Shown: positions 34,540-45,900 of the stretch, one piece after another
How positions within the stretch are numbered: position 1 is the first letter of the stretch
Layout: every line of letters starts with the position of its first letter
NCBI GenBank assembly: GCA_025594325.1
Contig: JANHCV010000003.1
Span: 806,001-870,000 of the forward strand
Origin: Blastocladiella emersonii ATCC 22665
Lineage: Eukaryota > Fungi > Blastocladiomycota
Direction of reading: 5' to 3'
DNA: 64,000 bases
Notes under the pieces: model-generated
What the model was told of the DNA's origin: nothing
The model's input: only the letters and a program-made list of their open reading frames with translations
Databases searched by the model: none
Translations under genes and position numbers: made by a program

Positions 34540-35674
34540 TTACAGCAACGCCGTGACCGCGCGGTTCAGGTCGCCGCCGACACGCCGCAAGACCGCCGTG
34601 GCCTGCTCGCGGTCGAAGCCCATGGTCACGAGCAGCTGCACGTTCTCCTCGGACACGGGTTCGGGCGCGGGCACCGCGGTCGCGCCAACACCGCCGCCCG
34701 TCGCGATCTCGGCGTGGGCGTCGGCCACAGCAGCATTGGTCCGCGCGCGCGTCGCCCCCGTCGCCGCGGGCGGCGGGCGTGGGACCTCGGCGTTGGTACT
34801 CCGCGCAGCGGGCGGCGCCGACTCGCCGCCCATGAACGGCGCGACGATCCGCGCGGCCACGCGCTCAAGAACGCGCGGGAACCGCCACGCCTGGACGCCC
34901 GCGAGGTTGGCCATGTAGGCCGCGCCCGCGACGTAGCCGCACGCGGCGGGGAGGAGCGAAGCGGGCCAGACGGCGAGCAGCAGCTGCATGGCCAGCGCGT
35001 AGGTGAAGAAGCGCTGCGACAGCGTCACGCCGAGCACGCGGAACCGGTCGTTGTCGGGCACCTTGTGCTGGTACAGGTACAGTTTCGCGAAAAGGAACGC
35101 GTACGGGCCCGAGGCGAGGGTGTTGGGCCCGCCGTACGAGCGGAGGAGCAGCATGATGGTTACCTCGAGGAGCGTGGCGAAGGTCGTGGTCACGAAGACG
35201 AACGCCTATATGTGGCGAACATCGTCAGCTGTCCGAATCGCTGTCTAGCGAAACGACCGCAAACGTACGCAGTACTTGCGCGTGCCGTAGAGCCGCTCGA
35301 GCGTGCGGTAGTGGTAGGCGAGCAGGCCGCCGCACAGCACCTCCCAATTGGTCGCAAACACGGCGTGCGTGGTGACGAGCCGGTGCACCTGCCCCTGCTC
35401 GAGCAGGTGCGGCACCAGGTGCACCGGGAACAGGTGCTTGATCCGCAGCACCGACGCGCCCACCGACGCCGCGGCCATGCCGTACACGGCCAGCTTGGTC
35501 GCCGGCGCGTTGTCTAGTTGGGATGGGGTGAGCGGCGCAGGCTACAGCAGGAGGCCGCGGAGTGACGACGTACAGAAGCCTACAAGCAAGCGTCAGGGGG
35601 TTAGCCTCGGTGCATCGCGAAGCGGAGCAATCGCCGAGCAGCAGCGGACCAGAGTAAGTCCCGTGGGGAAGCAT
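34540..35674 (-). CDS. DSC2: Dsc2/UBAC2 rhomboid-like pseudoprotease with C-terminal UBA domain
   Basis: Exons 35674-35650, 35579-35574, 35513-35269 and 35205-34540 give SGFYNAPATK, RTLERLYGTRKYCAF, SGPYAFLFA and the UBA domain EENVQLLVTMGFDREQATAVLRRVGGDLNRAVTALL. Confidence 0.88.
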
Positions 35675-35901
35675 GGCAGTTGCGTCAAGTCGCGGTTCGT
35701 TGCAGGTGGTCGATCTCGTAGCAATGTGGGGCAGGGGCAGAGAGCGGGCCGAGTGCGGCGGCCGCAGTGGCGAAGAGCGGAGGCGAGTGGCTCACCCAAC
35801 GTGACCGGCGGCGACGCGACTTGCCACGCGTCGCACAGACCGCGTCTCACGCGCGCGCACCGATCTCCCTAATAGCCGTCCCTCATGCTCGCGACGCAAC
35901 C

Positions 35902-38900
35902 ATGGATTTCACACCAGAACCGGGAAAGAAGAAGAGCACCGACCTGCTCGTCGACCCGCTCCGCAGCGTCGTCGCCACCGCCGAGCTCAGCACGCCCACC
36001 ACCCCGCCAATAGCCAGCGACACCGATGCGCGCGCTGGGCTCGTGCACCGCCGGGTCCCCGGGTCCACCGAGGGGCTGCTCCATGCCGGCTCTGTGGTCC
36101 CGGCCGAGTCGTTTGCGACGAGCCCCAAGAAACTCGCCTCGGCCGCCGTCGCACGGGCCGCCGACCCACTCCGCGCGCGGCTCTCGCGCAAGTTCACGCG
36201 GCTCGCGGGCCGGCTGCACCTCAGCGTGGTCCAGGCCGCGCGCGAGGCAAGGCGCAATAAGGGCCAGTACTTGCTGGGCTTCTCGGTCGTGTTCGTCGTC
36301 GTCGTGACGACCGCCGTCCTCATGGCCGTGGCCGCGTACTCGACTCTTATCTTTGTCGGGCTCGCCGAGTACAGCGCCGGCGAGATCGACCTCGTCGTCG
36401 AGCCCTCGGACACGGTCTCGTCGGGCCGCCTCAACTACACGCGCGTCGCCGAGATCCTCCCCTCCGCGTTCGAGCCCGCGATGCTCGACCCGAGCACGCC
36501 GCCGTACCTCCACGCGCCGCGGCTGCCCGACCTCGAGGCGTCTGTGTTCGCGCCCGGCGAGTGTACTGGGTTCAACGCGTCGCAGCCCTACGAGGCGACG
36601 TACCCGTATACGGGCATGCCCGCCAACCCGGACGCGGTGCCCGCGGACCAGCAGACCATCAACGCGACCCGCGCAACGTGTAACCGCGTCACCAACTGCC
36701 TCGAGCTCCTGTGCGCACGCGCCTTGCGCACGAAGCTGCAGCTCATCGACTCGGACCGTGAGGCTGCCGCGGGGATCGGGCGCACGTGGAACCTGCAGAA
36801 GATCCCGCGCGGGTCGGTCGTGCTGCTCCAGGACCTCGCTGCTAACTTGCGCGTTGGGCCCGGGGATGTCGTGTTTCTCAGCACCAACCTGTACGCCTCC
36901 GCACCCGCTTGCTCGATGGATTGTACTGACCATTGACCCGTAGACCATCGATCGCCGCGTATCAGCAAAATCTCGCAGCGGCCACGGTCCGCGCACAGCT
37001 CAACCGCACCTTCACCGTCCCGAGCTACGCCAGCACCACGCTCGCGCTCCCTCTGCGCGTGCACGCCGTGATCGCCGACTCGCTCGGCAAGACGGCGCAG
37101 GACCGCACGGGTCTGTCGTTCCTCGAGTACGGGACCGTCATCGACCTGATCGCCGACCACCTGCACCCGTGGTACTCGGCGTCGCACCGCGCCGCCATGG
37201 CCGCGACCGCGCCGACCGTGTACCACCAGGTCGCGCAGGTCGTCTTCACGCGGCAGCTGCCGCGCTTCTCGTCGTACCTGGCGTCCGATTTCGCGACCAT
37301 CGCCAAGGCCCTGCTCGAGTGGAGCAGCGACGTGCGCCTGCGGCTCGGGTTCATTGACACGGACGTGTCGCTCCCCGTGCTGGGCAACCTGCAGAACGCG
37401 AGCCAGCTGTCGTTGTTCGTCAACCTCATCATGTCGCTCATCATCATCATCCTCGCCGGGCTCTCAGCGTTCCTCGTCTACTGCCTCCTCATGGTCTCGG
37501 TCGAGACACGGACTTTTGAGCTCGCGATCCTTCGCATGGTCGGGATGCAGCGGCCTACCGTGCTCATGCTGATTCTGGTACGCACGCGGACTGCGACGGC
37601 GTGTCGCATGCCTTACTCACACACGACCTTGGCCGTAGGCGCAGGCCATGTCGTACTCGATCCCGGCGCTCGTCGTGGGCCTAGTCGCCGCGCAGATCGC
37701 CTTTGCGACGGCGAAGCGGTACCTCGAGGACTTCCTGCACATCAGCATCTCGGCCAACCCCCCTGCCTCGTCGATCTCGCTCGCCCTCGTCATGGCGCTC
37801 GTGGTCCCTGTGCTCTCGTCGATCCTGCCAATCCGCAAGGCGCTCTCGCTCAACCTGCACGACGCGCTCGACCGGCAGCGGCCGTCGTTCAAGCCCATGA
37901 CCATCACCATCGAGCGGTCCAAGGCGGCCTTCGACCCGCTGCTCGGCGTGATCGGGGCCGTGCTCACGGCGCTCGGGTTCGGCATCTACTACTTTCTCCC
38001 GCTCGCGCTGCTCAGCAACGACCTGGCGCTGCTGTTCAACATCTTCCTCGCGATCCTCGTCGGGATGATCACGGGGCTCGTGGTTGTGACCAGCAACTTC
38101 CTGCAGCTCCTCGAGCAGCTATTCACGCGGCTCATCTTCGCAGCCGTCTGGTTCGAGAACCGGTCCATGGCCACGCTCGTCGACCGCAACCTGCTCGCGC
38201 ACCGCGGCCGCAACAAGAAGACGTCGATGCTGTACTGCCTGTCGCTCGCCTTCATCGTGTTCATCTCGGTCACCGCCAACATCGAGGTCGGCTCGCTGCA
38301 GTACGGGTACCGCCGCAACCTCGGCGGGTGCGACTTTGTCGTGTACTCGGACTACCTGACGACCACGGGCGCGCCGTACCCGATCGCCGCCGTGGCCGCG
38401 CTCGAGGCGTACGCGGACGCGAACCCCGTCATTGCGGGCTACGCGTGGTCGACGTGGGCGCTCGAGTACCTGACGACGCGCAACCTGGCCTCGCAGATCT
38501 CCAACTACGGCCGCGTCGACGTCGCCAGCGCCCTCGTCCGCGGCGTCAGCCCCAACTTCTTTGACCTCACGGGCACCGCGTTCCTCCAGGTCGACCAGTA
38601 CGACCGCAGCCCGGGCGTCGCGAGCTACTCGCCGAGCGAGATGCTGTACACGGCCAAGGGCACGTACTCGGCCGTCGTCGGCACCTACTACGAGGACCAG
38701 TACTCGCTTCAGTCCGCCGCGTACGACCGCCCGTTCCTCGTCACGGCGCGCACCGACGGCGGCGCCGCGGGGACCCTGCGCCGGACGTTCCCGCGGTGGC
38801 CCGCGTTTTTCGCCAAGACGAGCCCCGTGTTCACCCTCTCCAACTTCCCCGGCAAGAAGCAGGACGTGCTCGTGTCGCTGCCGGCGTTCCTGAACATGAC

Positions 38901-39535
38901 GGGCGGCGCGTACCGGTCCGTGACGCAGCTCCCGATGCGCTCGTTCTACGTGAAGCTCGTGGCCAACGCGACCGCCGCGCAGTACCGCCAGGTCAAGCGA
39001 GAGCTACTCGCGTACCTGACGGTCGAGGACATGCTGGACATCAAGGAGCAGCTGCGCGGCAGCGTCCAGGCCATGTCGGCGCTGTCCCTCATCTTCGACA
39101 TGGTCACGGCGCTCGTCATGGTCATCACCTTCTTCTCGCTCAACACCAGCTTCTACGTCAACGTCACCGAGCAGTCCAAGGAGATTGGGATCCTGCGCGC
39201 GCTCGGCGTTGGCCGGCTTGGCATCCTAAGGCTATACTTTTACGAGTCGCTCGTTCTCGTGCTCTCGTCCGTGATCCTCGGGGTACGGAACTTCAGTCGT
39301 GCGTCGTGAGCATGGACTGACGCGCTGCGTGTAGTGCTCGATTGGCGCGGCCGTCGGCTGGACCATGGCCGCGCAGCGCACGGTGCTGACCGAGATCCCG
39401 ATCACCATGGAGTTCCCCGTCCGCCAGGTCGCCATCATCGTCCTGCTCAGCATCGCGTCGGCCATCGCGTCGACAGTCGGGCCGGTGTACCTCGTCGTGT
39501 TCAAGCGTAAGCTGGTCCGGATTCTTCGCGAATAG
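35902..39535 (+). CDS. FtsX/MacB/LolE-like (type VII ABC) permease with two FtsX domains
   Basis: Introns 36891-36943, 37578-37638 and 39283-39334. Two FtsX signatures (SVETRTFELAILRMVGM; NVTEQSKEIGILRALGV), each preceded by a large extracytoplasmic loop, plus multiple TM helices. Confidence 0.85.
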
Positions 39536-39686
39536 AGAAAGATTCGTTTCGCGACCGGCCCGCTTCACATGAAGGGAGATCCATCACGGGAACGGGTGAA
39601 ATACCTTGGGAAGAACTCTGCAATACGGAAAATGTGCAATACAAGCAAGCAAAACTGGTGGACGTCGCGTCCTTGAGAGTGCGCGG

Positions 39687-42415
39687 TTACGAGCGCGTCG
39701 CGTCCTGGGGCATGATCAGCTACACCATCACGTTGGGTCAGTTCGCCGTCCACGGTGGCCATCGAGGCCACACGACCGTACCTTGATGAAGCCCGTCCAG
39801 TCGAGGCGCGTGCCCGAGTACGACTTGGTGTCCGAAGTCGACGTGAGCACCCAGGTGCTCGTGGTCGGGTCCTTGGTCACGGTGCCCTTGCCGCACTAGC
39901 GGTTCGCGCACTATGGTCAGTATCAACGTTCTTCGCCACAAGATGGTGCCATAACGCACCTGCTCGACCAAAGCCGTCGCGTTCGTCATGCGGAACTCGC
40001 GGCCGACGTTCTCGGTGAGGAACTCCTGGGTCATGGCGAGCGTCTTGCCCTTGAAAGGCGTCGCGAAGACGCGCTTGCCGTACTTTTCGGGCGTGATGAA
40101 CTTGCCCGCCTTGACGCTGTCGAGGATCCACTGCGGGTCGAAGATGATCCAGCGGTGCATCAGCACGCCCGCGAGGACCTTGAACTACAGTCGCCGCGTG
40201 AGATCGTGTCAGTGATAGTCGATCCAAATTCGGGGTGTCGCGAGCGTACCGTGTGCGAGGAGCCGGGCGTGACAATGTGCGTCACGTCCGTGTCGAGACT
40301 CTCGGACTCGAGCTTGACGACGCCGCCGAGCGCCTCAATGTGCTGCGCCAGCTTCTACTCGGAGTGATCAAGCGCGATGTTAGTGGTCGTGCTCTTCCGC
40401 GCACCGGGAAAGCAACGTACCTCGCGAACAGCCAGCGTGTACTCGGGCAGCGTGTCGCGGAAGCCCGAGAACGTGACGACAACGCCCGCGCGACGAACGG
40501 GGACCGTAGGACGGCCCGAGGTCGACGCAGGCGCGCCGGAGGCCGAGGGCGTGAACTGGTACTCGGAGCGCCCGGCGACCGACTTGGCCGTGCCCGCGGC
40601 AGCGGTAGTGTTGGCACGACCAGCGGCGATGCGGCTCATGAGCAGCGAGGCGGCGCTGAGATCCGGGTCGATCTCGTCGGCCGCGCGCGGCTTGGACGTG
40701 GGACCGCCGATCACGCTCGCGGCGCGACGCGCGGCACCAGCGCTGCCGCTGGCGAGCGGCGACTCGAGGCGCATGCGCTTGTTGGCGAGCAGCGCGGCGC
40801 CGGCGCCCGGCGAGCGGAACCCGGTCCCGGCCTCGGACGGCGCAGCACCGCCACCGGGCGCCTTGCGCTTGATCCCGAGGCGCTCAAGCGTCGAGTAGAT
40901 GTTGCTCGACGTCGACATGACACTGCCGGGGCCCTGGACCTTGGGCACGAGGAGCGGCGCGTTGCGGCGGCGCATGTCCTCGAGCTGCTTCTTGAGGTCG
41001 GCGATCTCCTTGTCCTTCTCGGCCACGGCGCGCGCCGTCGCCTCGGGATCGGTACCGCCGTTGGCCGCCAGCTGCGCGTTGCGCTTGCGCTCCTCGTCGA
41101 GCTGCGCGGCGAGCTGGGCCTTGGCGGCGGCCTCCTCGTCGACCTGGTTCGACAGCAGCTCGACCGTCTCGCGTTGCGTCTGCGCCTGCTTGGTGAGGCG
41201 GTCGACGTCGGCCTCGAGGCGCGACCGCTCGACCTGAACGTCCTCGAGCAGGCCCGTGACGCGGACCAGCTCGGCCTCCTTGGCGTCGAGCGACTGGTTG
41301 AGCGTCTCCATCTCGTGGTTGGCCTGGCCCGTGTACTCCTCGAGCTCCTTGACGCGCGCGGCGTGCGTGTCGCGCTCCGACTCGGCGTCGTGCAGCGCCG
41401 CGGTGCGCTCCTCGAGCGCGGCCTCCATCTCGCCCGCCGCGTCCTTGAGCGCCGTGTGCTCCTGCTGCAGCTCGTCGAGCGCCGAGCGCACCTGGTTGAT
41501 CTCGGCCTCGCGCGCGTGCAGCGAGTCGGTCGCGGCACCGAGCTGCTCCTCGAGTTCGCCGATCAGCTCCGTCTTGCGCGACGCCTCCTCGCGCAGCACC
41601 TCGAGCTCGGCGGCGCGCAGCGCCATGGCCTGGTCGAGCTCGGCGCGCTCGGCCGCCGTACGCTCGCGCTCCTGGTCCCACTGCGCGGTCGCGGCCTGCC
41701 ACTCGTCGTGCTGCGCCTCCCAGCGCGCGAGCTCGTCGGCGGCTTCGGCCAGACTCCCGGTCAGCGTCTCGATGTTCTTCTCCTTGTCCTCGATATCCTC
41801 GGCCGCCTCGGTCAGCAGGGCCTCGAGTTCGCCCATCTTGATCGCCGTCTCGGACATCTCCGTCACGTGCGCGGTGCGCTCCTTGGCGGCGGCCTCGCGC
41901 GCGGCGTCGAGCTGGCCCGCGAGCTCCTGCGCCGCGGCCTCGACCTCGGCGTGCTTGGTGCGCCACTCGGCCAGCTGCGCCGAGACGTCGTCGAACTGCG
42001 ACTGCGCCGCGGCGAGCGACGACTGCAGCGACGTGCACTCGGCGTCGAGGTGGTCGCGGTGCGCGCGCGACTCGGCGAGCTGCGCCTCCTTGATCTTGGC
42101 CGCCTCGCCGACCTGCGCGAGGAACGTCTGCGCCGTGTCCGCGAACGTCGCGACGAGCGTCGTCACGGCGTCGCCGTCCTGGTTGCCCGAGGCAGCGGCG
42201 CCGTTGGGAACGCGACCGGCGCCGGCGGCGGCAGCCGCGATCGCAGGGGTTGCGGGCGTCGGCGGGCAGTAGGCAGTGCCGTTACCGTTAGCCTTGGCCT
42301 GCTGCTGGGACTGCTGCTGCTGGTGGCGCTTGGCATTCTCCTTGTTGGCGGCAGCACCGGCGCGGTTGGCCCCGCCGGTGGTGCGGGTGGCGATAGCCTT
42401 GGGCTCGTTGCGCAT
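39687..42415 (-). CDS. Coiled-coil protein with C-terminal BRCT domain(s)
   Basis: Long E/A/L heptad region, then VVVTFSGFRD...KLAQHIEALGGVV...VTHIVTPG...FKVLAGVLMHRWIIFDPQWILDSVKAGKF (BRCT). Four short introns reconstruct an end at LIMPQDATRS* (stop 39687-39689). Confidence 0.78.
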
Positions 42416-42908
42416 GGTGATGATGTGCCTTGAGATGGCGGCCCAGGTTGGATCAGTCAGGTGCAACCGAGGGGTTGAGATCAGGAGAACACGGCCGTGC
42501 AACGTACAAATCTTTCCTGCCTGTGCAAGGGTGCTCGGGGTGGCGGGGAGCGGGCGAAGGCGGCAGCCGGTCGGCGGCAATGACTCGCTGCCTGTGAGTC
42601 GATGGCCCGCGTTTCAGGTTCGCCGGCCAGCCCATGTGAGGGTCACGCGACCGCGTTCCGGTCACGCGGTGTGGCGCAGCGCGTCCAAACACGTCCCTTC
42701 GAGTCAGCGTGAAACCACCTCACGAGTTTGCGATTAAATTGCTCGCTTGTTCCGCGCCATGATGCAAGTAGTAGTTGAACTCGTGAAGCCCCCGCATCAC
42801 TGAAGATTCGACAAGAAGTGAGCTCCTTCGCGAGGTTGCGAGAGAATCGAAAGGCGACAGCGAGAAGTGAACGTCATCAAGTAGATTCATTTCACAAGTC
42901 CAACCAAA

Positions 42909-45900
42909 CTACATGATCGCCGACGCCGGCCGCGGTAGCGACTTGTACGGCGTGCGCGCCGCCTCGCCGCCCTTCGACGTCGCCTTCCCCTTGCCTGGTG
43001 CGATCTTGGCCAGCGGATCCGCCGCCGTCGCCGCCGCGGACCGGCCCTTGGTTACGCGCACGCCGTTGACAACGTGCACCTTGCCCGCGCCCGCCGCGGA
43101 CCCGCCCACGTCGCCACTCACGGACGTGGTGCTGTCGGCCGCGCGCACGGGCGTCCCGACGCCCGACGGGTTGGGCGCCGCCGCGGGGCTCCCCGGCCGG
43201 CTCGCGTACGCGTGGACGGGCGACTGCGGCGGCGGCGACGCCGCGGCCACCTGCTCGGGCGGCGGGCTGTGCACGCCCGACGCCGCGTTGCTGAGCGCGT
43301 ACACGTACTGCGGGATCCAGTAAGGCGGGATCGCCGCATCTTGCTGCTGCTGCTGCGCAGCGGCCGCGGCCGCGGCGACGGCGGCCTGTTGCTGCTGCTG
43401 AGCCAGGATCGCCTGCTGATGCTGTTGTTGCTGCTGCTGGGCGTGCGCCATCATGAGTGCCTGCTGGTGCTGCTGCTGGAGGTACGCAGCAGCGGCCGCG
43501 GCATCCGCGTTGCTGAGCGCCGGGTACGAGGAGGCAGCGGCCTGCTGCTGCTGAAACTGGAGCTGCTGGAGCTGGAACTGGAGCTCGTGCGCGGCGACGG
43601 CCTCGTGGTACGCCTGCTGGTGCTGCTGCGCGGCGCCGTTCTGCGCGAACGCGGCCTGCTGGGCGAGCGCGTGCGCGAGCGCCGTCGAGTCGAGCGCGTA
43701 CACGGCGTGCGGGTGCTGCTGCTGCGCGGTCACGGCGTACTGCTGCACCGGGATCGACTGCGGGTGGTGCGGTTGCTGGACCTGTTGCTGAATGTACTGC
43801 TGATGTGGCTGTTGCGGTGCCGGGGGCGCGACGGTGAACCGCTCGAGCTGCGACTGGACATCGACGAGGACGCGGTTCGCCGCGTCGCGCTGGCCCGCGA
43901 GGCGCAGCGCGTGCAGGTGCACCTCGTGCAGGCGCCGCTCGTACTCGAGCTGCATGTACACCTGCGACGACGACTCCTGCGCCTGCAGGTGGCCCTGGAT
44001 GAGCGAGGCGAGGTGCGACGGCTGCGCTGCTGGCGCTGCGGGAGCCGGTGCGGGTGAAGGAGCGTGGGACCATGCGACGGGAGCAGGCGCTGTTGCGGCG
44101 ACCGGCGCGTACACCGGATGCTGCTGCATGGGCGTCGAGACGACGGTCGGTGGCGGCGGGACCGCCGCGTGCTGCTGGTACACCGCCGACGCGTTCAGCG
44201 ACGGAACCGAAGCCGCAATTGGCGCCGGCGCAAACCCAGCCGGCGTACCAGGCGGCGCGCGCGCGAGGTTCTGGTACGACCCGGCCACGCTCTGCGTAGC
44301 GGGCGTCCCCGCAGGCGGCGGGACGAGGAGCTGCGACGGGAACACGGACTGCTGCGACTGCTGCAGGACGCGCTGGAGCTGCGGGTGCAGGTGGCCGTAC
44401 TCGGCGTACGCGGCCTGCGCGAGCGCCTCGGGCGTCGGGACCAGCGACAGGACCGAGTTGTGCGGGGCGCCCGGCATCGCGTTCAGAATCGCGGCCGACG
44501 CGGCGATCGACGACTGGCTCGCGGTCCGCCCGCCGTCGGCAGTGGTCTGGCCGCCCATGTGCCCGCGTAGGTGAAGCGGGATCGCAGCCACGTGCGCCGC
44601 GTGTTCGCCCGCCGACTTGGGCCGTGCATACGGCGTCGTGGACTGGGCCTGGCGCTGCAACGCCGCCGCGAGCGCGTGCGGGTTGGCGGTGGACCCGGGT
44701 GCGCCCGCGAGGTTCATGGTCGAGTTGGGCGGCGCGTGGGGACCGAGGTGCTGGGCCGACGCCATGGACGCCGTGGACCCGACGCCGAGCGTCGCCGAGA
44801 GGGCGGCCGGCTTCACGTCCTTGGGGTTGCGCGAGTCCTTGACGGGCACCGGCGACGGCGCAGTACGCTTCGGCGACGGCGGCGAGCTGGCCGCCATCGA
44901 CTCGTTGGGCGACGGCTGAGGGTCGCCGTTCTCCGAGTCGACCGAGAGCATCGAGCTCGCGAACCGCATTACGTTGACGCGCGGCGAAAGGCTGCCCGCC
45001 GCGTTGCTTGGGGCGGGGAGCGACTGCGACGGCGACGTCGGGCGACTGCTGTTCTTGCCGCCGTTGACCGCGGCCTGCGACCCGCGGATCTCCATGGCCG
45101 ACGGCTCGCGCGAGTTGCCCGGCGCGCCGGTCCAGGGAGTCTCGCCGATAGTCGCGAGCTGGGTGGTAGAGAGCATCGACGACGCAGCGCGCTGGACGCC
45201 GAACCCGCCGGCGCCGTTACCCATGGCGACCGACAGCATGCTGCGCGTGGGCACGGTCGCCGTAGACCGGACGTTGAGCCCGACCATGGAGTTGGCCGGG
45301 GCCGCGTTGAACCCGGACGGGACGAGCGACGCGAACGACGGCGCGGCCGACGGCGGGTGGAACTGCATCGAGCTGTTGGGCACGCGGTACTCGGCGGGCA
45401 GCACGTCGAGCGGATCGAGCGACGACACGGTGCTCTCGGACGGCGACGACAGGATCTGGTTGCGCAGCGACGATACGGCGCGGACCTGCGACGGGCTCGA
45501 CTTGCGGTTTCCGGAGTGTTGCGAGTTGCCGAGGTCCTGCGACCCCGACGCCGACTGCCGCGTCGTCGGGCTGGACGACGGGGACGGCGACCGCATCCGC
45601 TGCGCGACGGCCGCCGGCGTCACGGCGTGCGGCTGAGCGAGGTGCATCGACGAGCCCATGGGCGTCGCGGGCGGCGCCGCGGCGTGCGCCATGTTGAACT
45701 CGGACGCCGCGGGGCCGAGGTACATGGACCCGCCGGGCGTGTTGGCGGGTGCCGCGAAGTGCAGGTGCATGTCGGCGACGCTACCCGGGCCGAGCCGCAT
45801 CGTCGAGCCCACGCGGCTCGGAGGCGGAGCGCGGCCGGGGCCGAGGCCGTTGTTGAGCGCGAACGTCGACGCCATCGGCGTGTTGGTCGGCGCGTGCGCG

